Assembly (NCBI GenBank): GCA_002256025.1
Contig: NKIB01014774.1
Span: forward strand, 1 to 40,646
DNA from: Asterionella formosa
Lineage: Eukaryota
Direction of reading: 5' to 3'
Length of the DNA: 40,646 bases
In this document: positions 11,509 through 22,089 of the stretch, one piece after another
Layout: every line of letters starts with the position of its first letter
How positions within the stretch are numbered: position 1 is the stretch's first letter
Program-made: the position numbers and the translations under genes
The notes under the pieces: generated by a model
Told to the model about the DNA's origin: nothing
Database searches by the model: none
What the model saw: only the letters and a program-made list of their open reading frames with translations

Positions 11509-12724
11509 TCAGTAAGGACTATTGATTCATAGTTTGGTGTGGTTACAAGCAAACGTCAGCAAACAGATTTACCCACGAACGTTGTATATTTCTGTCGATG
11601 TTCAACACCTCGCTGTACCATGCCATTGGCGGCCATACTCCTTTAGACTATCTCGACATGAAGCAGAACTTGTCATGTCATTTCTCTTTTAGATATGATC
11701 ATGTCGGAAGGTCCGCTTTCAGGATATCTTCAGAAAGGTACGTTAGAGATTGCTTCATCATCATTAAAAACTACGTACTGGAACTTGGTCCACAACAGTC
11801 AAAATAAACTGTGGAGTCCCCGAAAAATTTGCATGCTATTTATTAAGAACATAGTAGAGAACAAATCGAATCCACTGGACCATCCTAAGTGCACTGGTCA
11901 TTACGCACTAATTAAGAACAAGAACTTGAAAGGGTTATGGTATCATTCTCCAGGCGACTAGTGATTGCCTTTCCTTGGTACTTTCGAAATGTCCAGAAAT
12001 GATTAAAGAAAAGTATTTTTGGTTACACAATTCTGCATGAGTTAGGTGAATTGTTCGATCTAAATCATAATTCGGAATGATGGTGCCTATTATTCAATTG
12101 AAGGAGATGCAATATTAGTCTCTAGACATTTAACTTGGTGGAAATAAGCATCTATCGAAAGCTCCTAAAAAGTGGCATCATATGATTCTTGAGGAAACGT
12201 CTCCTTTGATTCAAATTGGGTTGTTCGCTTTCCTGCGTTCAACTGGGATCATGGTTTTCGCAATGGAAATGGTACACTTACTAACTGCAAGGCAGTCATA
12301 TCTATTGCATCCCACCTTGAACTTTAATCTTGTAGACATCGTCAAGACTTTCGGTTGCTGGCTTCCAATTTCACGAAAAATGTCTGCCTTGCTCATATAA
12401 ACCCCCCATTTGATCCCTCATGAGTGAACATCTACAAGAAGATGCCACAGTTTTTCTTGTCGTAGTCTATTTTTTTTGATTTAGCAAAATTGTGGTTGCC
12501 TCAACCTTCATTCATTGTTTAAAAACTAAATACACTGTCTATTAAGCATGGTACTTAATGGGAAAATACATCCCTTGTAGTTGTGTTCAAACTCTAAATA
12601 ACAGCAGTCAACTTTTCCATGCCATATCGTATAAGTAGGGCATGCCAATTCGTGGTTCCGGCATTTCATTGAATGAACGCAACATGTATGTAGAGAATCT
12701 GGCCCTTATCAAGACAGCCTTTAA

Positions 12725-15700
12725 CTAAGCATGCGAAATGTTTGCCGCTGTCCTCGCGGTCTTGAAGAAGGACACATACCCCTTTCGTGATGAACCCGCT
12801 GCAAGCGTGCCGTCATTACAAATACGCACTCTAGCTCCAAGGTGGTCCTTGGCATTTCTTCCAAGCACACTACCAAGCGTTCCCCAACTCGAGTTTGTAT
12901 CAAACATACTAGAAACAAAAAGGCCCCCTTGATAATGCTTAGTGTCAGAATGAGCACTGGCACCAACTGCCACTATCTCAGCATCCCCGGAAATGGCCAT
13001 AGAAGCAACAACGAAGACGTCGAACGAGCCAGTGTCCAGAGCGTTGCGTGACAAAGTCCAATTCCCGCTGTCTTGCCGTGTCAAGACTCGAATTATAGGC
13101 GAGCTATCTTCCCATACGCTTCCTCCAATTGAAATATTATTCCCATCATTGCTCAATCCTATGTCAATGCCATCAAAGTAGGAAGAATACTCTTCGTCCA
13201 TCCATTCATCCAATTGTTCCTCGTAATCATCCGTAAGGGTTGTTTTATTAGCTCGCTTGATGGGAGGAATAATAGTTTCGGTCCAATTCTTCTTTGTTTT
13301 GTTGAATGTGTATACTTTTGCCATGAAGGTTGAGTATGATCCTGTGACTGCCAATGTGTTGCCATCAAGAGATAGGGCAATACGGACATTTTCGCCATTC
13401 ATGTCATATTGAATGGACTGGGTTAAGTCGTCTCCTTTGGATTTCCATTTGCCGTTAACATTCTCTACAACGCGGAGAAAGCTTGCTGTATAACCTGATG
13501 CGTTCGTCGCCAGGATAGACCCGTGAATGGCAACTGTACTACCGTCCGCACTTATTCGTACTTCTCTACCAACATCTTCAACCTGGGCCTTCAAATTCGA
13601 CAAACGTTTCCCTAGTTGCTTCCACTCCCCGCCCTCAAAAGCGTAGATATCTACATAGCCACTCTTTCCAGGAGGAGGTTGGTTTGCTCCGACCACCATT
13701 ATCTTGCCGTCGCTAGACAAATCCACTGATTGACCAAAACCATCCAATGGGTCATCACCAAAGAGATCTTGGCCCAATTGAGTGTATGAATGGGCATCAC
13801 AATCCCAGGCAAAAGCTCGCGCCAAACCTCTTGTTTCGGAATTATAAGAATCAATTCCAACTGCAACAATGGATGCATCCGCCGACATGGCAATTGACAG
13901 AGTATGCTCATCGGCTTGATTTGGGAGTTTGTCCAAGTCGCCGGCATGTGAGTTTGCAGTGGTATTCTGGTAAGGGGCACAAATAGTAAAAGCAGTTGTA
14001 GATGCAGCAGTTTCATTTGATGATTGAGACTTTGTGCTGTTGCCGGAAGTGTGATTGAGAGAAATTCCGTAGAGGGAAATAACGGAATCCGATCCAACTG
14101 CCGCAATAGTTCCATCCCCAGAGAGTGAGACAAAACTTCCAGGTACGCCTAGGTTCTCGCTTCTAGTCCCCTCTCCAACAACCTTCCACTTCCCATCAGA
14201 CTCGTCCTTAGAAATAATGGTCATGGCTCCGACATAATCATCCATCCAAAAGACGTTGTCATCCATGTCTAATCTACTTGCCAACGCGGCAGCCACCTGA
14301 CCATCCTTTGCGACATCCACTACAACGGTAACAGTCACATCTTTGTAATCCTTGACATACACATCCGTCGCATTCCCACTGTTGTAGTCGACAATCTTGA
14401 CAGTATTGGGAACGTCCAAACCAAAGGCAGAGAAAGCAACAAGGTTTCCAGACCCATCCGTATCGATACTGTTCACCCAATAATCATCGCTTTCCCACTT
14501 GGCAACCTTCTTTTTTCCCTGTACCCACTTATCCGTCTCGAACTGAAAGTGGTACGTATTGACTCCGAATACAGGGTCGCCCAAGGCTAACTCATTGCCG
14601 TCCTCCGACAAAATCAAAGAGGGGCTGAAAATATTATCGTCAGCATAACTGACTATGATGTTGATATCATTTCCTTTTCGGACCCATTCTTTATCATTGG
14701 AATCGTAGGAAAAAACTCGAGTAACGTAACTATTGGTACCTACAACACCTAGCACAGCCAAAGTTTCACCAATATCGCTCAAATCAATGGCGGTACCCAA
14801 ACCTGTGTAATCCATGTCAAAATCTATATTCTCCATCCGACTTCCCAGCAAGTCCCAGCGGTTGTCGTTTAAGTAATATACCTCCACAAATCCATTTCCG
14901 TCATCATATTGATCTTGAATGGCAGAAACGGCCATAACATGTCCATCACGACTTGAACTGATGGCATATCCGAACGCTTCCCCAGGGTTCGTCCCCAGCA
15001 AATCTTGTCCCAACTGATTCCACTTTTTTGCCTCACACGCCCAGGCAAAGACGCGAACAAGACCATATTGACCGTAATTGTTTCCAAAATCACTCAATCC
15101 AACAGCAATTATACTGGCTTCCTCAGAAATATCCATACTAGAAAAAGAATACTCCCATTGTTGCATGCTCTTATTGTCGTCATTTGAGTTCATGTCTGCA
15201 GTCTTCGCTTCTGGAACAATTACCAAATCGCCCATGTGGAAAATGGGCAAACCTTCGGGAACATTGACAGGAGGAGGACAAATGTCGAATGCTGGGAGTG
15301 GCGCTGTTGTTGGCCACAAATTAGGTCCACTGATGTTGGTGCTGTTCCCTATGGTTTGATTCTTTTCGTTTGCATCATCTGTTTGTGTCGGTTTCATGGT
15401 GGTGATATTGTGCCTTGCAGACACAGTATTACTATCACCGGGATTGTTCTTGCTTGGACTATCTACTTCTGAAGTTTTAGAAGTAGTTGTCCGACTCGAA
15501 ATCACAATGAGGCAAAGGACTATCGGCAAAAGCACGCTCAGAACAGCAATTATAAATCGTCGTCTCGTCTTGACTATGCGGTGTTCCATGACGTTGTCCA
15601 GTTCCATCCCCACGTAGTCTTCTGACGATCCTGAAGGCTTGATATCACACATGACGCCATCGACTGTCTCTTCTTCTTCTTCTAGTAGAAGATCATTGAA

Positions 15701-15766
15701 GCCGACTTTTTGGTACCGCTTGCTCCGCTTGTTCTGGTCGATGCTGTCCACTAGTTCGATCGACAT
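12725..15766 (-). CDS. Type II membrane protein with two tandem FG-GAP-like beta-propeller regions, function unknown
   Basis: 1013-aa intronless ORF. RRR is followed by TM FIIAVLSVLLPIVLCLIVI, then a S/T-rich stalk with N-x-S/T sites. Repeats of W.QLG..L.G....FG.S..LS.DG..AVG, with an internal duplication (GLVRVFAWACE / GLARAFAWDCD). Confidence 0.85.
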   Translation of the reverse strand: MSIELVDSIDQNKRSKRYQKVGFNDLLLEEEEETVDGVMCDIKPSGSSEDYVGMELDNVMEHRIVKTRRRFIIAVLSVLLPIVLCLIVISSRTTTSKTSEVDSPSKNNPGDSNTVSARHNITTMKPTQTDDANEKNQTIGNSTNISGPNLWPTTAPLPAFDICPPPVNVPEGLPIFHMGDLVIVPEAKTADMNSNDDNKSMQQWEYSFSSMDISEEASIIAVGLSDFGNNYGQYGLVRVFAWACEAKKWNQLGQDLLGTNPGEAFGYAISSSRDGHVMAVSAIQDQYDDGNGFVEVYYLNDNRWDLLGSRMENIDFDMDYTGLGTAIDLSDIGETLAVLGVVGTNSYVTRVFSYDSNDKEWVRKGNDINIIVSYADDNIFSPSLILSEDGNELALGDPVFGVNTYHFQFETDKWVQGKKKVAKWESDDYWVNSIDTDGSGNLVAFSAFGLDVPNTVKIVDYNSGNATDVYVKDYKDVTVTVVVDVAKDGQVAAALASRLDMDDNVFWMDDYVGAMTIISKDESDGKWKVVGEGTRSENLGVPGSFVSLSGDGTIAAVGSDSVISLYGISLNHTSGNSTKSQSSNETAASTTAFTICAPYQNTTANSHAGDLDKLPNQADEHTLSIAMSADASIVAVGIDSYNSETRGLARAFAWDCDAHSYTQLGQDLFGDDPLDGFGQSVDLSSDGKIMVVGANQPPPGKSGYVDIYAFEGGEWKQLGKRLSNLKAQVEDVGREVRISADGSTVAIHGSILATNASGYTASFLRVVENVNGKWKSKGDDLTQSIQYDMNGENVRIALSLDGNTLAVTGSYSTFMAKVYTFNKTKKNWTETIIPPIKRANKTTLTDDYEEQLDEWMDEEYSSYFDGIDIGLSNDGNNISIGGSVWEDSSPIIRVLTRQDSGNWTLSRNALDTGSFDVFVVASMAISGDAEIVAVGASAHSDTKHYQGGLFVSSMFDTNSSWGTLGSVLGRNAKDHLGARVRICNDGTLAAGSSRKGYVSFFKTARTAANISHA

Positions 15767-16749
15767 GGTGAATTAGGATAGTTCAACTGCCACTGCTGGC
15801 TGATTGATGGAATAGAGTCGAACAAAGAGCACTCTAGAAGAGTATAGAAGGGGTATAATGCAACAAGTTGTGGGGTACTCCTAGCAAAGACGATTCATAC
15901 ACGGCAGGTGAAATTTATAAATAACAACAGGGCGTTAAAACACAGATTTGGCAGGATCTCACGACTCTGGATTGAATCGCGTCGTCATTGGCGGCTGATA
16001 TGTCTCTTGCCAGTATCAATAAACCGGTATTGGAAAACAAGTTACGAGGCGCCGTAGTAAAGCAAAACCGTTTATGCCGGTATATCCGTGATGGATATTT
16101 AATATAAATATTGTAGCGCTCTATCTTGTCTACACTCGTCAAATACCGGCGACATACTGATATTGGATGACATACTGGATGTCGTCGAGGCAAGGTATCA
16201 CGGAGAAATTTCTACAAGCAAGCATCAGTTGGGTGAGGTTGCACATGACAGGGTTGGCTTGTTGAAGCAGATGTAAATGAATTTTGGGGAGCCAGTGGCC
16301 AACCAGCTGAATGTGGTCAGCGTCAACCTGGGCACATCAGATGAGCGTGATCATTGCACCACTACTAGTAGTGTGGAGAGAACAACAAGCAAGTAGCTAA
16401 TAACAACATCAGTGGGGAAAACACCTAATGGAGGTTCTTCAATGATGGTGGCAGAGGCCCACAGGCTGCAGTGATAATTTAAAATTTTGAATTGAAGACT
16501 TTCTTGGATTGTAGCTAGAACACAATGTTTGTCTTCCTTGGTCAACTGAGCTTGTCGTCTAGGTCTACAGTGTGTGCTCAGACCAGTATTAATCAGGTAT
16601 GCTTTTGGAGTGAGCAAAATTGACAAATAATGTCAAGTTAATCCTGCTAGACTGCTGGGGTATGAATTATAGTACTATTTCTGGGTGCAGGAACAGGGTT
16701 GAGCCATCGATCACTTCCCAGGCTAGCTATAATAATCCTCATCAGAATT

Positions 16750-18900
16750 TTCCTAGAAAAAATTTCTACAATCATGTACAGTAGATAGGAGTGTTGCAGA
16801 ATGTATAATAAAAATAACTTCTATACTACAACTGGGATAGAATAGAAAGAAATGGCGCCTTTGACAAAAAAATTTAGTAGAGATCATAATGCCAACAAAT
16901 GTAGTGATATCTACCTTAATGCTGCAGAGGAGAGATGGTTGAGGATACCTGATCTTGTGAGAGGAAGAAAGGCGGTAAACAAAAATTCTTGAATTGGGAA
17001 CTGGATACTGGCAAGGCTTCATGAAGAGGAACAAGCACCTGGTAACAAGCAGAAAGTTTGTCAAGTTTGACAGCAACAAACATGCAGACTGGTGCACTTA
17101 CCAAATTTTTGAAGCAATGTATGATATTGAAAATTAAGTCAATTAAATTTATATCATTTCAATATCCAATAATGAAACTTGGGACCAAATATATGGATAC
17201 AATTAGTTCCGGTTTTATTCGTCTGTTAAGTGCAACAGGACCTGTCTTTTTGTCAGCTGCATCCCCCAGAACCCTAGGGAATACATGAAAAAGACAGGGG
17301 AGAATGCAGGAATCAAACCCGCCACTGCAGAAGGTGTGCTAACCACCAAGCCATTCCCCTGAAACAATGTATACTGAGGTATACGAGGAGATGGTGAAAG
17401 GAGGAAATGCGAACAAATTTATCTCCAGTGTAAAGCTGAGCAAGAAGGGACTGATTGTAGAACACAAACTTAAGCCATTTGGGATGGACATAAAATACTA
17501 TCTGATCAGACAGGAAAAGCTGTTGTTTCTGGATGAAGTTGGATCTACCATATTCACAGACAAATGATGGAAACATTGGGTGTCAGAATTTATTGTGTAG
17601 CAAAGAGCAATGACCACAACAAAGAAGTACAACAAAGGATGCACACTTTCCTGTGCTTGGTTTCACAGCAACAAATGGCTTACCTGGTATGTGCGAAATC
17701 ACCTTTGCTGCCAAGGAATTAGAAGAGTCATTGGTACTGGGCTTCGATCCAACAGTGGAATGGAAAGGAGCTGAAGACAATATTGAGGCATACACAGGGA
17801 GAAACAAACGCTATCCAATGGACCCTTCATGTTTGTTCAATTGAATTGCAGTCCCAACCTTCTATTGCTGTTCTGAGAATGGATCGATAACAGCAGAGCT
17901 CCTTGTTGAGATGCTGAAGTGATGGAAAGACTAAACTGGTTTGACTGAACTTACAATGTGCTACCTTTCCTGATTCTGGATGGGCATGGTAACCGACTCA
18001 ATCTCCTTTTTCTTAAAAAATTGTCAATACACCAGCAAAAAAATGAATGTTTGTATCAGGTTGGTTTCCCCAGTATGGAACATCATATTGGCAAGTAGGT
18101 GAGAATGTCCAACAAAATGGTTGCTTCAAAATGGCACTGACAAGATTCAAGCAAGAGCTACTTACAAAGAAAGAAGGACGCCAAGCTGAGTTTGCAATTG
18201 AGAAAGATGACATTGTTGACCTGGTAGCCCGTGCCTGCAAAGTATCATTTGTCCAAGTTGACAACAATCTGAATGCAGCAATTGCCGAAAAGGGATGGGG
18301 ACCATTAAACTACAGAACACTTCTTCCTGGTGAAATACACCTGTCAGCAGTTTCAGCAACCCAGACAGAATTGAAAGCCGCTATCTCAACTAGTCTATCA
18401 CACCAGCAGGACTTAATCTAAATTTAGTTATCACCAGCACCCTTCTTGACAAAGTTATTGAACGCAGGAACAGAGAGGATTCAAGGAATGGCACAAATCT
18501 TGATCAGATGACTTGCCAGCGAAAGGAGTTGGCGCTATTGGCGATCGCGCAAAATAAAAGGTAAATGGCAGGACTTCATATGGTGGCCGGGCGCTTTAAA
18601 CTGGGAACGGAAGCACTGGACGATATGACTAGGAGGAGGAGAAGTAGATCGAGAAAATGAATAAGACAGCCAGTTGTGGATCTTACAACGACATTGAACA
18701 AGGTGCAAGCGATCAGAGCTCTCAACAAATAGCTACACGAGTGAACAGTGGTACAAATAAAAACAATGTTGTTGTGGTACAAACGAATTGGTGATGTGCC
18801 ATTACCTGCAACAAAAGAGCTTATTGCTGTTTGGTACATATGAACATGAAGCCTGAAGTAATTGTCAAAGTCCAATCCTCCGTCCCCCGAAAAAGGCATC
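16750..18900 (+). mobile_element. Degraded pogo/DDE_1-type transposase relic, interrupted by an insertion at 17123-17359
   Basis: Fragments GYWQGFMKRNKHLV, DWCTYQIFEAMY|TEVYEEMV, LLFLDEVG, VLGFTATNGLPGMC, FLILDGHG and PQYGTSYWQVGENVQQNGCFKM, with several stops and frameshifts. Ends not defined. Confidence 0.75.
17123..17359 (-). mobile_element. Candidate tRNA-derived SINE (237 bp) with 13-bp target-site duplication
   Basis: Flanked by TGAAGCAATGTAT (17110-17122) and TGAAACAATGTAT (17360-17372). The minus strand starts GGGGAATGGCTTGGTGGTTAGC (A-box-like) and contains GCGGG-TTTGATT-CCTGC (T-arm/B-box) followed by ATTCTCCCC. The 3' end is AT-rich. Confidence 0.7.
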
Positions 18901-19198
18901 AATACCTTACAAGCTTGCTTGGGAGCAGCCACTCTACTTTCGTTAGTGCAAGTGTCAAAAGTTTGCGGCATTGGAATGGAGAATCAAGTGAATTGCATAC
19001 TCTTTTCCAGGGGTGTAAAAGTATGTTAGGATTGACACAATTTCAATCTGAACAATAGTTAGTTCACTAAAGCTGCAAGTCTGTACCCAGAACAATGTCA
19101 GGTCCTATAGTTATATTTCGGTGGTGTAAAGAAATGCTAGTTCACAACTATCATAGGGAGTCAACCTTGCCCCTACTTAAAGAATGTTCCGAGTGAAA

Positions 19199-19900
19199 TT
19201 AACGCATAACTCCACCAGCAATTGTCCTCGTTTTACAAGGACCGGCCGATGTTGTAAATACATGGCCATTCCAAGCTCCTTCACAAGCATCGGTGGTTTT
19301 CATCCCTTCCATGCAAGCTGCAAATACTTTCTTCTTTTCTACCTGTGCTGCACTCCATGGTTGCGGAACTGGCAACCCGTGAAACGTCACGACTTCACCA
19401 ATGACGGCGTCGGCTGGCGGTTCGACAAATTCCACCAATTCACTTCCATCCTCCCTTGTCGTGGCTGCACATAATACCATACCATGCGACTTGAATCCCA
19501 CCAAATTCTTTGCCTTGAGATTACTCACAACCAACAGACGCTGACCCAACATTTGTTCCAGCGTAAAGTGCGGTCGGAGCCCGGATGCAATTTGACGAGG
19601 TACATCTTCACCAACATCAATTTCTTCACAATACAATTTATCGGCGTCCGGATGAACCCATACATTCGTAATGACGCCGACTTTAAATTCTAGTTTGCAA
19701 ATGTCCGGCAGTTCAGCGTCACCCTGAGTGACGCTGGGTTTCGTCGCAGCAAATGGCGGTTTGGCGGCTTGCTTTGATTTATTTGGCTTGATTGCTAGCT
19801 CTTTGGTACTGAGGATGGGAGCATTGGGCTCCAAGCCGAGCTTGGCCTCCAAGTCGGCAATGATTTCGTCGAGCAAGTCAATGGCGCTCATCGTGCTCAT
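19199..19900 (-). CDS. tRNA-binding OB-fold protein (EMAPII/AIMP1/Arc1p/Trbp111-like), ~233 aa
   Basis: Motifs LEFKVGVI..V..HPDADKLYCEEIDVGEDVPRQIASGL, NLKAKNLVGFKSHGMVLCA and VEPP. The N-terminal helix DLLDEIIADLEAKL is followed by a K/P/A linker. Likely start is the ATG at 19900 (or 19891) rather than 20077. Confidence 0.9.
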   Translation of the reverse strand: MSTMSAIDLLDEIIADLEAKLGLEPNAPILSTKELAIKPNKSKQAAKPPFAATKPSVTQGDAELPDICKLEFKVGVITNVWVHPDADKLYCEEIDVGEDVPRQIASGLRPHFTLEQMLGQRLLVVSNLKAKNLVGFKSHGMVLCAATTREDGSELVEFVEPPADAVIGEVVTFHGLPVPQPWSAAQVEKKKVFAACMEGMKTTDACEGAWNGHVFTTSAGPCKTRTIAGGVMR

Positions 19901-20376
19901 CGAAGCTAAATTAAAAAAAATGTTACCCGGCCCTTTTTTTGGAACTCCAACATCCGGGTGGTATGTTCCTTCCAGCAACACATTATTTGTTGCTCCGAAA
20001 TGTGTATCTGTGTTTATCGCTGCAGATACAGCGTTAAGCAACACTAATTTTTTTAGTTTAATTAAATGTGATGTCATTTTAAATTAATCAACTAAGACAC
20101 CATTTTTATCTCTAATGGCAACAACGGAAACGAATTTTTGGAGGAGGGATCAACAGCAGTTATCATTATTGCTACTCGTTCAATTACCAACAAAACTGGT
20201 CACATGGTGGAGGAATGGCAACTATCTGCTCACAACACTGCCAAGCACATTATGCTCTAACAATTTGCACGGGAAGACAAGTCGAGTCGAATTTACATTC
20301 ACTGTTGGGAAGGAATAGGACAGTCACAACAATTGTTGTTTCTGCTCGAAAGTCGGTATACGTTGTCATATACACC

Positions 20377-20697
20377 ATGCCTGACAGTGATGACATGCGT
20401 CGCTCTGTTTTTTGGCCAAGCATCCTTCGTAAGTGTTCTAATGATTTGTCCAATCGATCAAAAGAAATTTGCGCCGAATTCTTGCAGTGTCGCGAAAACG
20501 ACTTGGAAGGACATTATAGTGCAGCATTGACCCCTATTATAAGGAATCAACTGAAACAATACATGTCCAAACATCTACCACCAAACAAAGAATCCGAATT
20601 GTCAAAGGCAACTAATCATGATGGCAACCCGAAACGAAAAGATTGGGTATACAGTCGTCATTGTGAATACAAGTGGATGTTGCAGTCAAGAAAGTGA
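20377..20697 (+). CDS. Possible small hypothetical protein or gene relic
   Basis: Open frame from ATG 20377 (MPDSDDMRRSVFWP...) within a 160-codon ORF. No recognisable motif. Confidence 0.2.
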   Translation: MPDSDDMRRSVFWPSILRKCSNDLSNRSKEICAEFLQCRENDLEGHYSAALTPIIRNQLKQYMSKHLPPNKESELSKATNHDGNPKRKDWVYSRHCEYKWMLQSRK

Positions 20698-22089
20698 TAT
20701 GCGTTCAGAAGGCGGATGAACAATTCATAATTTTGTTATCTCTCATGTAATTTTTCTATAAAAGTTTTTGTTTTCTCATCCTTGTGTTTTCAAAGTTTTA
20801 TTGGAGGTGCTTTTCTTGGTACCTTGGTTATTTTTTCATGTATGGTCTTGCCTTTTTAGCTAATCTAGCTTTTTCTGTAGAAACTAAATGCTTTGTGACT
20901 TACACAATATGGGAAACAAAAATCTTGACACTATATAATGTGGCAAATCAATCCTAGCTAACTGATGGAACAGTAAAACGGAATCCCCAAGAACACAATG
21001 CTTGCTGGGGACACAGCCGCAATTCTGGGACGGCGGGCTAAGTGATACATGGAGTGGTGGATAGTAGCGTCGTCGCCTTGCTTGTTTGCTTGCTGGGGCT
21101 CAGACGATGCATTCTTGGGGTTCTAATAATAACTTCTCAGTTGAAATATTATCGCAGCAGTAAGATGTCTGGCACCATTTTAGCTTTCAACCATGGGTCC
21201 CTCGAAAATCATCATAACCTCGTTAGTTCGACTTGAAACATTGCTGGTCAGCAAATGTCGGCCATTTAGAGTTTAGTTATGGTTTCTGTTTTGCGGCGAT
21301 GAAAGCCTTTCGAATGGATTGAATGAAAGCAACAACACCAGCCAAAAGACAAGAGGCAATTGCAATAACAGAAGCTCTAATTTTCTATTGTACTAGGAGT
21401 ATAGTATGTTGAGAAGGCTGATGATTGTCGCCATTGCGATGAAAATAGTCTTTATCCTTTGTGACGTTTAATGCCAAGTAATATTAATGGCACCAAATTC
21501 GAATGCTGAGTCTGATGCACATGTTTGCGGAGACACGAAAAAACGGCTATCTGTTTTGCCGTTACTGAGTTTTTTTTGTGAAATGTATCTCTGTAAAGCA
21601 AGATTCATTTTTTAAGATACAATTTAAAAATAAAAAATTATTCGCTGTTAAGACCTGCCCTTAAGATTTGTGTATTTGATCCCCTTACACGAGGTAGGAT
21701 TAAGCAATAAAAACTTTTCATGTCTACAATAGATATGTATATCGCTACTAGGAGCTTTCACCATTGGACACCCTTTCCATACGTATGAAGCTTGCTTTGA
21801 TACAGTCATTGTGCGGGCTCTGAAATGATATAATAAATTAAAAATTTATCATATCATGTGTATCATAATTACATAAATTGTTGTACTTATAACCCCAAAA
21901 TTTGTGTTTGCTGCTTCCTCCTAAACAATTCAATCGAGTAAAATAGAAAACGGTTTTGGGTAAAACATCTATATTTATTGATTAAAAAATATGTTCTGAA
22001 GACAACGTTATGAGTCAAAATTGGAAAAATTAAATTGCTTAGCAAGATCTCCATAAATGTATGTTCTAATTCAGAACTGACGAAGATTG

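Noticed and set aside
11600..12400. Several short ORFs suggesting a gene relic
   Set aside because: No recognisable motif. The same applies to 26800-28050, 31800-32400 and 35400-37560.
17300..17359. Functional tRNA gene
   Set aside because: The anticodon arm is too short and the acceptor stem is bulged. It is better explained as a SINE head or tRNA pseudogene.
19901..20077. 59-aa N-terminal extension of the tRNA-binding ORF
   Set aside because: The sequence is AT-rich with homopolymer runs and looks like UTR/promoter. The ATG at 19900 or 19891 is a better start.
20990..21450. Signal-peptide-like fragment on the minus strand (ASVIAIASCLLAGVVAF)
   Set aside because: It is surrounded by stops and no coherent gene model could be built.
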